A stretch of 37,524 nt of DNA, filler included, from Sandaracinaceae bacterium (GTDB lineage Bacteria; Myxococcota_A; Polyangia; Polyangiales; JADJQN01): NCBI GenBank assembly GCA_947483975.1. It is 12 parts of 12 records of this genome, joined end to end, with 100 filler letters (N's around TTAATTAATTAA, not from the genome) between each part and the next. Parts side by side here need not be neighbours in the genome. Positions count along the whole stretch, not along the records: positions 18,926 to 21,956 come from CANKOL010000519.1; positions 22,057 to 25,084 come from CANKOL010000520.1; positions 25,185 to 28,205 come from CANKOL010000521.1; positions 28,306 to 31,315 come from CANKOL010000522.1; 8 more parts are not named here. One strand, written 5' to 3'. A program made the translations under genes and the position numbers. Below are positions 18,926-28,653 of this stretch, one piece after another (within the stretch, counting starts at the first letter, position 1; each line of letters opens with the position of its first letter). The notes under the pieces are model-generated. The model searched no databases, was not told the DNA's origin, and worked only from the letters and a program-made list of their open reading frames with translations.

Positions 18926-21454
18926 ATCGCCGCGCTGCTCGAGGCGCCGGAGAGCGCCGTCAGCGCGCAACGCCTCGAGGAGATCGCCGCGCGCGTGCGC
19001 GCCCTGCCGCTCGAGCCTTCGCTCGCCGCCGCGCTCCGCGATGCGTTTCGCGACCTGCGTCGCTCGGGCGCGCGCTCGGTGGCGGTGCGCTCCTCGTCGA
19101 CGCGTGAGGACGAGCAGGCCGCGACGGGCGCCGGGCTGCACATCACGCTGCTCGGCGTGTCGAGCGAGGACGAGATGCTCGACGCGGTACGCGCTTGCTG
19201 GGCGAGCGTCTACTCGCCCCGCGTGCTCGCGTATCTGCGCGCGATGACGCGCGACGCGAACGTCGCGGCCGCGGCGGGACCGACCGCGGAGCTCGAGGCG
19301 AAGCTCGGCGTCGTCCTGCAGGCGATGGTGCCCGCCGACCTCGCGGGCGTGCTCTTCACCGTCAATCCGCTCACCGCGGACGGCGGCGAGATGGTGCTCA
19401 ACGCCTCGTACGGGCTCGGCTCGCTGGTCGTCGACGGACGCGTCTCGCCCGACACCTACCGCATCGACAAGGCGACCGGCTTCGTGCGCGACCGCGTCGT
19501 CGGCGAGAAGCGCCTGCGCTCCGTGGTCACCGACGACGGACTGCGCGAAGAGGAGGTGCCGCTCGACCTCGCCAAGCGTGAGGCGCTCGCCCCGCATCAG
19601 CTCGAGGCGCTCGTCGCGCTCGGTCGGCGGATCGAGGCGCACTTCGGCGCGGCGCGCGACATCGAGTGGGCCTACGCGCGCGGCACGCTCTATGTGCTGC
19701 AGGCGCGCCCCGTGACGACGATCGCCGGGCGCGTCGCGCCGCGCCGCCCGCACCGCCCGCGGGAGAAGGCGGCTGATCGCGCGCGCCTCGTCTGGTCGAA
19801 CGTCAACGTCGGCGAGGCGCTGCCGGGCGTCGCGACGCCGCTCACTTGGTCGATCCTCAGCAAGTTCTCCGAGCTCGGCTTTCGGCGGGCGTTCGGCTCG
19901 CTCGGCTGCTCGGTGCCGCGCGACGCGGAGCTCGTCGGCGACTTCCGCGGGCGCATCTACCTCAACCTCAGCGAGTTCATGAGCATCCTCTCGCAGGTGC
20001 CCGGGCTGCGGCCGCGCACGATGCTCGCGCTCGGCGGAGGCGGCGAGGTAGACCGCCTCGAGGCCGACGTGCAGGCGCGGGGGCACGGCGCCTTCCTCGC
20101 GCGGCTGCCGTTCACGGTGACGCGCTTCGTGCGAGAGAACGCCGCGATCACGTCGCGCGTCGCGGCGTTCGAGGAGACCTTCGCGGTGGAGTTCGCGCGG
20201 GTCGGAGGCGTCGACCTGCGCATCCTCGCGCCCGCCGCGCTCGCGCACGCCCTGCGCGACGTCGAGCGGCTGCTCGATGACACCGGCGCGATCATGCTCA
20301 CCTGCTACGGCAACCTGCTCGGCGCCGTCGTGCTGCTGAACAAGGTGCTCGCCGTCGTCGCGCGCGACCACTCCGAGGCCCTGCAGCGCGACCTCACCGC
20401 GGGCCTCGCGGACGTCGACAGCGCCGCGCCGGGGCTCGCGCTCTGGCACATCGCCGAGATGGCCCGCACGGAGCCGGAAGCGCGCAAGCTGCTGATCGAG
20501 GGTGAGCCGCACACGCTGCGTCCAGAGCACCTGCCCGAGGGGCCGACGCGGCGCGCGCTCCATCGTTTTCTCGAGGCGCACGGCGGTCGCGGCGCGCGCG
20601 AGGCGGAGATCTCCGAGCCGCGCTGGCGCGAGGACCCTTCGCTCCTCTTCGCGACGCTGCGCGCGCACCTGCAGCGCCCCGCGGGCGCGCCGGGCCCGCT
20701 CGAGATGGAGCAGCGTCGCCGCGAGACGCGCGAGTCCGCCGACGCTGAGCTACGCGAGCGCGTGCCCTTCGTGGCGCTCCCCGCGGTGCGTCATCTACTT
20801 GCGCTCGTGCAGCGCTTCGTGCGCCTGCGGGAGCGGTTGCGCGCGCACGTCACCGACGTGCTCGGGCTGTTTCGCGCCGTCGCGCTCGAGGCAGGCAAGC
20901 GCATCGACGTGAAGGAAGCCTGCGGCACCGACGCTGCGTTCTTCCTCGCGCTCGACGAGCTGCGCGCGCTGCTCGAGGGGCGCATCGCGGTGGTCGCGCC
21001 GCTCGTGCGCGCGCGGCGAATGCAGTATTTGCGCGACGTCGCGCTCCCCGACCCGCCGGACACCTTCGTCGGTTTTCCGCCGCCTGCGCCCGAGCTGCCG
21101 CTCGAGACTGGCACGCTGAGCGGGCTCGCCGCGAGCTCCGGGCGCGTCACCGGGCGCGCGCGCGTGCTCCTCTCACCGACGCACGCGGGCGAGCTGCTCG
21201 CCGGCGAGGTGCTCGTGGCGCCGTACGCGGACGTCGGCTGGTCGCCCCTCTTTCTGGTCGCCGCGGCGGTCGTGACCGACCTCGGCGGACCGCTGTCGCA
21301 CGCCGCGATCATCGCGCGCGAATATGGAGTCCCGAGCGTGATGAACGTCAAGAGCGGCACCCGCGCCCTGCGCACTGGCGACCTCATCGAGGTCGACGGC
21401 GACCGCGGCACGGTGCGCGTCCTCGAGAGCGCACCCCGCGCGGGCGCTCAGTGA
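18926..21454 (+). CDS. PEP-utilising enzyme with PPDK-type ATP-grasp domain, large helical middle domain and C-terminal His swivel domain (rifamycin phosphotransferase/PigC-like architecture); N-terminus truncated
   Basis: Motifs VAVRSSSTRED...AG, AGVLFTVNP, DIEWA...LQARPVT, WSNVNVGEALPGVATPL and GGPLSHAAIIAREYGVPSV...VDGDRGTV. Confidence 0.88.
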   Translation: MAALLEAPESAVSAQRLEEIAARVRALPLEPSLAAALRDAFRDLRRSGARSVAVRSSSTREDEQAATGAGLHITLLGVSSEDEMLDAVRACWASVYSPRVLAYLRAMTRDANVAAAAGPTAELEAKLGVVLQAMVPADLAGVLFTVNPLTADGGEMVLNASYGLGSLVVDGRVSPDTYRIDKATGFVRDRVVGEKRLRSVVTDDGLREEEVPLDLAKREALAPHQLEALVALGRRIEAHFGAARDIEWAYARGTLYVLQARPVTTIAGRVAPRRPHRPREKAADRARLVWSNVNVGEALPGVATPLTWSILSKFSELGFRRAFGSLGCSVPRDAELVGDFRGRIYLNLSEFMSILSQVPGLRPRTMLALGGGGEVDRLEADVQARGHGAFLARLPFTVTRFVRENAAITSRVAAFEETFAVEFARVGGVDLRILAPAALAHALRDVERLLDDTGAIMLTCYGNLLGAVVLLNKVLAVVARDHSEALQRDLTAGLADVDSAAPGLALWHIAEMARTEPEARKLLIEGEPHTLRPEHLPEGPTRRALHRFLEAHGGRGAREAEISEPRWREDPSLLFATLRAHLQRPAGAPGPLEMEQRRRETRESADAELRERVPFVALPAVRHLLALVQRFVRLRERLRAHVTDVLGLFRAVALEAGKRIDVKEACGTDAAFFLALDELRALLEGRIAVVAPLVRARRMQYLRDVALPDPPDTFVGFPPPAPELPLETGTLSGLAASSGRVTGRARVLLSPTHAGELLAGEVLVAPYADVGWSPLFLVAAAVVTDLGGPLSHAAIIAREYGVPSVMNVKSGTRALRTGDLIEVDGDRGTVRVLESAPRAGAQ

Positions 21455-21956
21455 AGCGACCTCCGCGCGAGGTCTTCTCCCGCACAGAGCGCGCACCACT
21501 CCCGCCGATCGAGATCGCCTATCAGGACGAAGAGCTCCTGATCGTCCTCAAGCCGGCAGGACTCCCGACGACCTCGCCCGACGGCAAGAACTGCCTCGTC
21601 GAGTTGGTGCAAGCGCTCGACCCGCAAGCGCCTCGCCTGCACGCGACCTCTCGCCTCGACGCGGAGGTCACCGGGCTCGTCACGTTCGCGCGGACGACCT
21701 TCGCGATCGAGGAGCTGCTCGCGGCCCGGCGCGCGGGGCGCTACGAGCGCTGCTACGTCGCGCTCGCGCCCCACGCCCCGACGCCGACGAGCGGCGCTTG
21801 GACAGGCACGATCGCCCATGATTTGCGGGACAAACGCCTCCGCACCATCGCCGGCACGCCGGGCGCTGGCACCGACGACCTGCGCGCCGCTGCGACCGAC
21901 TACGCGACCGCCGCGACCCTGCCCCTCGCCGCCGCGCTGCACCTGCGCCCGCGCAC
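21451..21956 (+). CDS. RluA-family RNA pseudouridine synthase, 5' fragment
   Basis: Motifs YQDEELLIVLKPAGLPT, SRLDAEVTGLV (catalytic RLD) and YVAL. GTGA overlap with the upstream gene. Confidence 0.85.
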
Positions 21957-22056
21957 NNNNNNNNNNNNNNNNNNNNNNNNNNNNNNNNNNNNNNNNNNNN
22001 TTAATTAATTAANNNNNNNNNNNNNNNNNNNNNNNNNNNNNNNNNNNNNNNNNNNN

Positions 22057-23001
22057 GCCTCGACGCCCGTGTCGCCGCCTGTCGCGCAGCGCGGCCCGCG
22101 CGCCGCCGTGGAGGTCCTCGCGGCCTCGCCGCCTCCACCGAGCGACCTCACGCCCGACCAACGCGCGCTCTGGGACGACGTCTGCGAGCGCGCGCGCAAG
22201 CTCGACGAGCAGAACTTCTTCGAGATGCTCGGCGTCACCTCGGATATGCCCGGCGAGAGGGCGCGGGACGCGTACTTCGAGCTCGTCAAGCGGCTCCATC
22301 CTGACCGCCTCCCGGCGCCGCTCGCGCCGCTCAACCAGGTCGCGCAGCGCATCTTCAGCATGCTGACCGACGCGCACGACACCCTGATCGACCAGGAGAA
22401 GCGCCTCCGCTACATCGGCATCGTGAAGGACGGCGGCGGCACGCCGGCCGCGCAGCGCAAGCTCGAGCAGACGATCGAGGGCACGGTCGAGTTCCAGAAG
22501 GCCGACGTGCTCCGCAAGAGCGACGCGGCGGCCGCCGAGCAGCACGCGCGCCGGGCGATCGAGCTCGACGCGGAGCAGGCGGACTACTACGCGCTGCTCG
22601 CTTGGATTCTCTTCGAGCGGCACCCGGGCGACGGGGCGCCGCTCGACGAGATGCTCATGCTCGTCGACAAGGCGATCGCGATGTACGACAAGCACCCGCG
22701 CGCGCACTACTACCGCGGCGCGGTGCTCCGGCGCATCGGGCGCGAGGACGACGCGGTCCGCGCGTTTCAGCGCGCGGTCGAGTGCAACCCGAAGCACGTC
22801 GACGCGCAGCGCGAGGTCCGCCTCGCCGAGATGCGCGCCAAGAAGGGCGGCGGGCGCGCAGCGGCACCGGCGACTCCGGCGTCCTCCGCTGGCGCCCCAC
22901 CGTCGGCGGCGTCGACGGGCAAGCCTGAGGTGCCGAAGAGCGGCGCTCAGCTCGACGTCGGCGAGTTCTTCAAGGGCTTGTTCGGCTCGAAGAAGAAGTG
23001 A
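22057..23001 (+). CDS. J-domain (DnaJ-like) + TPR protein, N-terminus truncated
   Basis: J-domain with HPD (NFFEMLGV...AYFELVKRLHPDR...AHDTLID..KR..Y), followed by TPRs (RAHYYRGAVL...AFQRAVECNPKHVDA). Confidence 0.85.
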   Translation, partial: ASTPVSPPVAQRGPRAAVEVLAASPPPPSDLTPDQRALWDDVCERARKLDEQNFFEMLGVTSDMPGERARDAYFELVKRLHPDRLPAPLAPLNQVAQRIFSMLTDAHDTLIDQEKRLRYIGIVKDGGGTPAAQRKLEQTIEGTVEFQKADVLRKSDAAAAEQHARRAIELDAEQADYYALLAWILFERHPGDGAPLDEMLMLVDKAIAMYDKHPRAHYYRGAVLRRIGREDDAVRAFQRAVECNPKHVDAQREVRLAEMRAKKGGGRAAAPATPASSAGAPPSAASTGKPEVPKSGAQLDVGEFFKGLFGSKKK

Positions 23002-23004
23002 GCG

Positions 23005-23889
23005 TCAGCGCACGACCGCGTCGAACACGCGCGTCGAGGCGAGGCGCACGTACGCGACGTCCACCCCCGCCGCGTCGAAGGGCTGCACGCGCACGCGCCG
23101 GAGCACGAGGCGCGCGCTCTCGTCGCGGCTGAGCGGCGCGAGCGCCGAGCCGGGGACCCGGAAGCTGCCGTCGTCGCGCGCCCTGCACACCACGGTCGCG
23201 CCGCCCGAGACGAGCTCGACCTCGACCTGATCGCGCGGGTCGAGGCCTTCCCAGCTCACCTCGAGGTCACGGTCACGGGCGATCAGCGTGCCGCTGCCGT
23301 TCGGCAGCTCCGTCAAGGGCACGCCGTCGAGCCGCACGTCGAGGAGCTCCGCGGGCACGGGCACCGCGACCTCGAAGCCGGGCAGCTCCGCGCTGCCCTC
23401 GGCGCGGAACGTGTACGCGTCGACGTCGGCGCGCACCGCGCCGAGCTCCGCGTCGCCCGCATAGAAGAACCCCGCCGCGACGCGCGCGAGCTCGGGGAAG
23501 GTGCGCGGCACGAGGCGCGCTTCCGACTCCCCGACCCGCACGTCGATCACGCCGACGTCGAGCAGCTCGACGCTCGCGTCTGCCGACGAGAGCCCGTCGA
23601 GGTCGCCCCCGGCGAGCGTGCACGCGTCGAGCGCGCTCGCCGGCCGACCCCCGAGCAGCCGCACGACCGCGTCGCCCGAGAGCCCCTGATAGCGCGCGAA
23701 CGCCGCGCCTAGCTGCGCGGGCGGCGCGTTCAGCTCGCCTGGTCCGGCGCTGAGGCGCTCTACCTGCAAGATGCCGAGCGAGCCCGCGCGGGAATCGAGC
23801 GTCGCGGCGCCAACGTCCTCACCCGTCGAGGTGCACGCCGCGCTGAAGAGCGCCGAGGCGATGAGGATGAGGCCGAAACGGACGCGCAT
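23005..23889 (-). CDS. Hypothetical lipoprotein
   Basis: Start reassigned to MRVRFGLILIASALFSAA-C (lipobox). GGGAGAG RBS and a TATACT -10-like hexamer lie upstream. Confidence 0.75.
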   Translation of the reverse strand: MRVRFGLILIASALFSAACTSTGEDVGAATLDSRAGSLGILQVERLSAGPGELNAPPAQLGAAFARYQGLSGDAVVRLLGGRPASALDACTLAGGDLDGLSSADASVELLDVGVIDVRVGESEARLVPRTFPELARVAAGFFYAGDAELGAVRADVDAYTFRAEGSAELPGFEVAVPVPAELLDVRLDGVPLTELPNGSGTLIARDRDLEVSWEGLDPRDQVEVELVSGGATVVCRARDDGSFRVPGSALAPLSRDESARLVLRRVRVQPFDAAGVDVAYVRLASTRVFDAVVR

Positions 23890-23978
23890 GACTCTCCCTG
23901 CGGGTGAAGCAGCCCCAGTATAGGAATTCGCGCGCAGCCGAGCAAGAAGACGGGCCCTGCGCGCCCGCGCCGAGCGCG

Positions 23979-25084
23979 TCAGGGGTCCTTGAGCGCGTAG
24001 AGGATTCCGTCGTCCGCGCCGACGTAGAGCGTGCCGTCCGGCCCGAGCACCGGCGCGGAGTCGACGTCGCCGCCCGCCTCCAGCACCCAGCGCAGGTGTC
24101 CGGTGTCGTCGAGCGCGTAGAGGAAGTCGTCGTGCGCGCCGCAGTACACGTTGCCGTCGCGGTCGATCAGCGGCGACGACGAGATGCCCACCTCCGCGGA
24201 GTCCGCGATCGTCACCGGGAAGAACCAGCGCACGGCGCCCGTCGCGCCGTCGAGCGAGAGGATCCGCGGGCGTGGCCCGAAGATGCCGACGACGACTGTC
24301 CCGTCGAGCCCGAGCCCCACCGGCGCACGCACGTAGCCGCCGACCGGCGTCGACCACTTCGGGCGTCCGCGCTCGTCGAGCGCGACCACCGTGCCGTCGT
24401 CCCCGCCGACGATCACCGAGCCGTCGTCGCCGATCGCCGGCCCGCCGTCGACGTCCTTGCGCATGCGGTACGACCAGCGCATCGCGCCGTCGGGCGCGAC
24501 CGCGTACACGTTGTCGTCCTGCGAGCCGACGTAAGCCGTGCCGTCTGCGTCGATCGCCGGCGCCGAGTAGAGCTTCGACCGCGCGCGGAAGCGCCAGAGC
24601 ACCGTGCCGTCGGTCTTGACGGCCCAGAGGTCGCTCCCCGCGGCGAAGCGCAGGCTGCCATCGGGCGCCTGCGCCAGGCCGGAGTCCGCGTCCCCCTCCG
24701 TCGCCAACTTCCAGCGGAGCGTCCCCGTCGAGGTGAACGCGAAGACGAAGTCGTCGTCCGAGCCGACGTAGACGTTGCCCTCGGCGTCGACGAGCGCGGT
24801 CGAGTAGATCCGGTCGCCGAGGTCCTTCTTCCAGCGCACCTGCCCGTCGGCGTCGAGCGCGTAGAAGAAGTGATCGTGCGAGCCGATGTAGATCGTGCCG
24901 TCCGGCGAGATCACCGCCTGCGCGCTGATCGCCTCGTCGTCGAAGTGCGACGGGTTGTCCGTCACGAAGCGCCAGCGGATCGTCGCGGTCGTCGGGCCCG
25001 CGTACGGGCTGCGCCCGGTGTGGCGGCGATCGCCGCGGAAGGCGAGCGGCGGCCCGGCGGGCGGCGGCGGGACGTGCGGGCGCC
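23979..25084 (-). CDS. PQQ-like (BamB-type) beta-propeller repeat protein, N-terminus truncated
   Basis: Repeated SxPAIxxDGTxYVGSxDxxxYAL...GxxRW blades. The frame is open to the contig edge. Confidence 0.88.
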
Positions 25085-25184
25085 NNNNNNNNNNNNNNNN
25101 NNNNNNNNNNNNNNNNNNNNNNNNNNNNTTAATTAATTAANNNNNNNNNNNNNNNNNNNNNNNNNNNNNNNNNNNNNNNNNNNN

Positions 25185-25917
25185 TCCCGACGCCGGGCGC
25201 GCGCTGCGTGACGATGTTGACGAGCAACGCCGTCGCCACCTCGGACTCGAAGGGCAGGCGCGCGGTGAGGCACTGAAAGAGGACGACGCCCATCGACCAG
25301 ACGTCGCTCGGGGGGCCGAGGTCGGCCTTTCCGAGCGCCTGCTCGGGCGACATATACGAGGGCGTGCCGACGATGAAGCCGGTGCCGGTCTTCGCGGTGT
25401 TGCCGCCCGCGACCTTGGCGATGCCGAAGTCGAGCAGCTTCGGGACCTCGCGCCCCTGCGCGTCGAGCGAGAGGAAGATGTTGTCGGGCTTCAGGTCGCG
25501 GTGGACGATCCCGTGCGAGTGCGCGAGGGCGAGCGCGTCGATGGTCGGGAGCAGGCGCGCGAGGGTGTCGTCCACGCTCATCGGGCCGCGCGCGACGGCG
25601 TCGCTCAGCGGCTTCCCCTGCATCAGCTCGAGCACGAGGTAGACCGCGCCGTCCTCGGCTTGGCCCATGTCGAGGACGTCCACGACGTTCGGGTGACGCA
25701 GCTTCGCCGCCGCCCGCGCCTCTTGCAGGAAGCGCTGCACGACCGCCGGGTCGGTCGCGAAGTCGGCGTTGAGCATCTTCACCGCGACCTCGCGCCCGGT
25801 CCACGCGTGCAAGCCCGCGAACACCGTGCCCATCCCGCCGGCGCCGAGGATGCGGTCGATGCGGTACTTGCCCGCGAGCGTGGTCCCGAGGCGGTCTTCG
25901 GCGCTGAGCGTCGGCAT
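25185..25917 (-). CDS. Hanks-type Ser/Thr protein kinase, C-terminus truncated
   Basis: Motifs LGAGGMGTV, VAVK, HRDLKPDNIFL, DFGIAK, GTPSYMSPEQ and DVWSMG. Start reassigned to MPTLSAEDRLG. Confidence 0.95.
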
Positions 25918-25919
25918 GG

Positions 25920-27053
25920 CTAGAAGCGACCCGCGCAGCTCGCGCCGAGCACTGAGCCGAGCGTCGGCGTGCACGAGACGCGCGCCTGCGTAGGCGGCGT
26001 CTCAGACGCGTCAGAGCCCCCGCTGAGCAGCGCGAGGGCGAGCCCGCCCGCCAGGAACACGCCGCCACCGATCAGGCTGACCGTCATCAGCGACTCCGCC
26101 GAGCGCACCTTCGCGGAGTAGTTGTGGCAGTTGTCCTCACGAGTGGACATGCCCTTGAGACAGAGCGAGTCGTTGTTGTAGCTCGCCGCGGCCGACTCGC
26201 GCTGCGTGTAAAACATGATCCCGAGCCCGACGCCGACGACGCCGACGCCCGCGGCGGTCCAGCCGAGGACGGGCAGCAACGAGGAGCTCGACTCGGCGGT
26301 GTCGTCGGCGGACGTCGAGGTGACCGGCGGGGTGACGGTCACAGCCGGACGCGTCGTCGTCAGCGCCAATCGCGGCGCGACGTGTCGCACGGGCTGCACG
26401 GGCTGCACCGGTCGTGCGGGCTGCACGGGCCGCACCACCTGCACGACGGTCACCGCGGCCACCGGGACGGGCACGAGCTCGAACGACTCGCGGCTGAGCT
26501 GCGCCGCCGTCACGGTGACCGTGCGCGTGTTCGACACGAAGCCGGGGGCGCTCACCTCCACCGTCGCAGCGCCGGGCAGCAAGCGCAGCGGCTGCGCCAG
26601 CGGCAGCGTGCCCGCGTCGTGCCCGTTGACGCGAAGCTGCACGCCGGGGCGATCCGCCCGCACATCGAGCGAGCCGAGGTGCGCGCGCACCGCGAGGAGG
26701 CCGTCCGCGAGCGCGGCGCGATGGCTCGCGATCCAGGCGTCGCCCGCGACGGCAGCAGCCTCCGCGAGGTGCGCCTCGGCCTCGACGAACTGGCCGAGCG
26801 CCTGCTCCGCCAAGCCCATCTGCGCCCGCGCGCGCGGCGCGTGCCCCGCCTGCCACGCCTGCGTGAAGAGCGCGAGCGCCTGCTCGTCGTTCCCCGCGCG
26901 GCGCGCGCTGATGCCGGCGGCGATCAGCTGTTCAGGGCTGCGGTCCTGGGCCGACACGCTCGAGGAGCCCGCGAGCGTGAGCGCAACCGCGACGAGCAGC
27001 GCGAGGCGGGTCCGTCTGGCGTTCGTAACTACCCGAATACTGGAAATCGACAC
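25920..27053 (-). CDS. Exported TPR + PEGA-domain protein with C-terminal membrane segments
   Basis: Signal peptide, TPR-like helices, PEGA segment LGSLDVRADRPGVQLRVNG...PGAATVEVSAPGF, a Pro/Val/Gln linker and two hydrophobic segments. The start position is uncertain. Confidence 0.85.
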   Translation of the reverse strand: MSISSIRVVTNARRTRLALLVAVALTLAGSSSVSAQDRSPEQLIAAGISARRAGNDEQALALFTQAWQAGHAPRARAQMGLAEQALGQFVEAEAHLAEAAAVAGDAWIASHRAALADGLLAVRAHLGSLDVRADRPGVQLRVNGHDAGTLPLAQPLRLLPGAATVEVSAPGFVSNTRTVTVTAAQLSRESFELVPVPVAAVTVVQVVRPVQPARPVQPVQPVRHVAPRLALTTTRPAVTVTPPVTSTSADDTAESSSSLLPVLGWTAAGVGVVGVGLGIMFYTQRESAAASYNNDSLCLKGMSTREDNCHNYSAKVRSAESLMTVSLIGGGVFLAGGLALALLSGGSDASETPPTQARVSCTPTLGSVLGASCAGRF

Positions 27054-27166
27054 GGCTTCGAGGGTGCGCGAAAAGAGCGACCGCGGTCAATGGGGGCCCG
27101 GACGATTCGCCCACAATCCGCGCCGCTTTTTTGACCCGACTCGCCCTCATCAGCGAAACACGAGGC

Positions 27167-27247
27167 ATGGTCTTCTTCGTCGCCACCGTCATCGGGCTCC
27201 TCCTCGCAGACGACGTCATTCGATTCGCGAACCGCAAGCTGCAGTGA
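27167..27247 (+). CDS. Candidate 26-aa small membrane peptide
   Basis: MVFFVATVIGLLLADDVIRFANRKLQ*. Nearly all codons end in G/C and the N-terminal half is hydrophobic. It is below the ORF-track cutoff. Confidence 0.4.
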   Translation: MVFFVATVIGLLLADDVIRFANRKLQ

Positions 27248-27465
27248 GCGGCGCCGGGGGGCGCACGGCCAGGCTCTCGGCGCGCGGTTGAACGCAGCCG
27301 GGGGTACGCCGCAACGGACGTCCACAGAGAACGGACGCCCGCCGCATGCTATCGTCGCCCTCCATCCCGGCCCCCGCTGCGCTGCCTGCCCTCTCGGGCA
27401 CGGCCATCGGGTTTCGCCCCTCTCTGACGCTCTTGCGCGCAAGGTCTCCGGAACGCACCGCCCCG

Positions 27466-28122
27466 ATGGATGCCCCCGACCCACTGATTCTCAGGGCGCA
27501 AGCAGGGGATGAGGCTGCGTTTCGCGAGATCTTCCTGCGACACCGCGGCGACGTCGCGCGCGTCGTGCAGCGCGTCATGGGGCCCTCCCCCGACGTGGAA
27601 GACGTCGTGCAGGACGTGTTCGTGCACGTCTATCGCTCGCTGAAGTCGTTTCGCGGGGACTCGAAGTTCTCGACTTGGCTCTATCGCCTGGCGGTCAACG
27701 TCACGCGCATGCACCTGCGGCGCGGGCGCTCTCGCCCGCAATTCTCGAACGTCGAGGTGCCGGAGGCGCCGCCCGACGACGAGCCGCTCGACACGCCGGA
27801 GCGCCGCCTCGAGTGCTCCGACCGCCTGCGCGCCCTCTATCGCCTGCTCGAGAACCTCAGCGAGAAGAAGCGCATGGTGCTCGTGCTGCACGACCTCGAG
27901 GGGCGCCCCGCGAAGGAGATCAGCGAGCTGGTCGGCGCGCCGGTGCTGACGGTGCGCACGCGCTTGTTCTATGCGCGCAAAGAGCTTCATGCCGCGATCG
28001 CCAAGGAGCCGAAGCTGAGCGCCCTGCTCGCGGAGTTGGGGCCGGACGTGCACGGGCAGCCGGACGCGCCCGCGTCGGGTGAGCGGCCGTCCGTGCCTGG
28101 GAACGCTGGGGGAGAGCGATGA
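27466..28122 (+). CDS. ECF (sigma-70 group 4) RNA polymerase sigma factor
   Basis: Region 2 (RAQAGDEAAF...VEDVVQDVF..VYRSL..FRGDSKFSTWLYRLAVN) and region 4 (LSEKKRMVLVLHDLEG...EISELVG...TVRTRLFYARKEL). Start reassigned to MDAPDP. Confidence 0.93.
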   Translation: MDAPDPLILRAQAGDEAAFREIFLRHRGDVARVVQRVMGPSPDVEDVVQDVFVHVYRSLKSFRGDSKFSTWLYRLAVNVTRMHLRRGRSRPQFSNVEVPEAPPDDEPLDTPERRLECSDRLRALYRLLENLSEKKRMVLVLHDLEGRPAKEISELVGAPVLTVRTRLFYARKELHAAIAKEPKLSALLAELGPDVHGQPDAPASGERPSVPGNAGGER

Positions 28123-28205
28123 GCACGCACGCAGCCAAGACCGCCGCGTTGATGGCCTACGATCTCGATCTTCTGTCGCCCGACGGGCGCGCGCGGCTCG
28201 AACGA
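28119..28205 (+). CDS. 5' fragment of a probable anti-sigma factor
   Basis: ATGA overlap with the ECF stop and GGAG RBS. MSTHAAKTAALMAYDLDLLSPDGRARLER resembles anti-sigma N-termini (LxAYxxxxLxxxxxxxLExH). Confidence 0.6.
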
Positions 28206-28305
28206 NNNNNNNNNNNNNNNNNNNNNNNNNNNNNNNNNNNNNNNNNNNNTTAATTAATTAANNNNNNNNNNNNNNNNNNNNNNNNNNNNNNNNNNNNNNN
28301 NNNNN

Positions 28306-28353
28306 GTACGCTTCCAGCCGACGGCTCGCGTCGGCGTCCTTCCAGGTCTGCAT
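28306..28353 (-). CDS. 5' fragment of a gene downstream of the twin radical SAM gene
   Basis: MQTWKDADASRRLEAY... runs into the linker, has GC3-biased codons and is preceded by an AT-rich region. Confidence 0.45.
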
Positions 28354-28365
28354 GCCGAACGTAGA

Positions 28366-28396
28366 TCACACCTCGCGTGTGAAAGAGAAATTTCTC
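28366..28396. promoter_or_regulatory. Paired palindromes in an AT-rich promoter-like region (candidate operator)
   Basis: TCACAC-N5-GTGTGA (28366-28382) and the perfect palindrome GAGAAATTTCTC (28385-28396) lie immediately upstream of ATG 28353 on the minus strand. Confidence 0.35.
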
Positions 28397-28653
28397 GCAG
28401 ACGATTCCTGGATTCACGAGCAAATTCAGGCGGTAGCTGTCGCAGTAGTGCTAGGGAGAGCGCGCTCTACAAACGCCTCAGGAGAGCCGATGACATCCCC
28501 GACAGCGCGAGGCTCGACGCCGCGACTCGTCGGCTGGCTCCTCGTGACGCCGCGGGTGGGCTGCGGTGGAACGGCACCCGCGCTGCTCGGCGCGCGCGGC
28601 TCGCGAGAGAGGCACTGCGGAGGAGGGCACGCTGCCGCTCCGCGGAGCGTGCT

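Noticed and set aside
18926..21454. Calling this gene ppsA or rph
   Set aside because: The domain order excludes canonical PEP synthase, and rifamycin specificity cannot be judged from motifs by eye.
26385..26445. 9-bp GCACGGGCT-like repeats
   Set aside because: They encode the PVQ/PAR linker of the PEGA protein, an ordinary low-complexity coding repeat.
28119..28353. ECF sigma/anti-sigma regulating the radical SAM locus
   Set aside because: They are on different contigs separated by an artificial linker, so the adjacency is meaningless.
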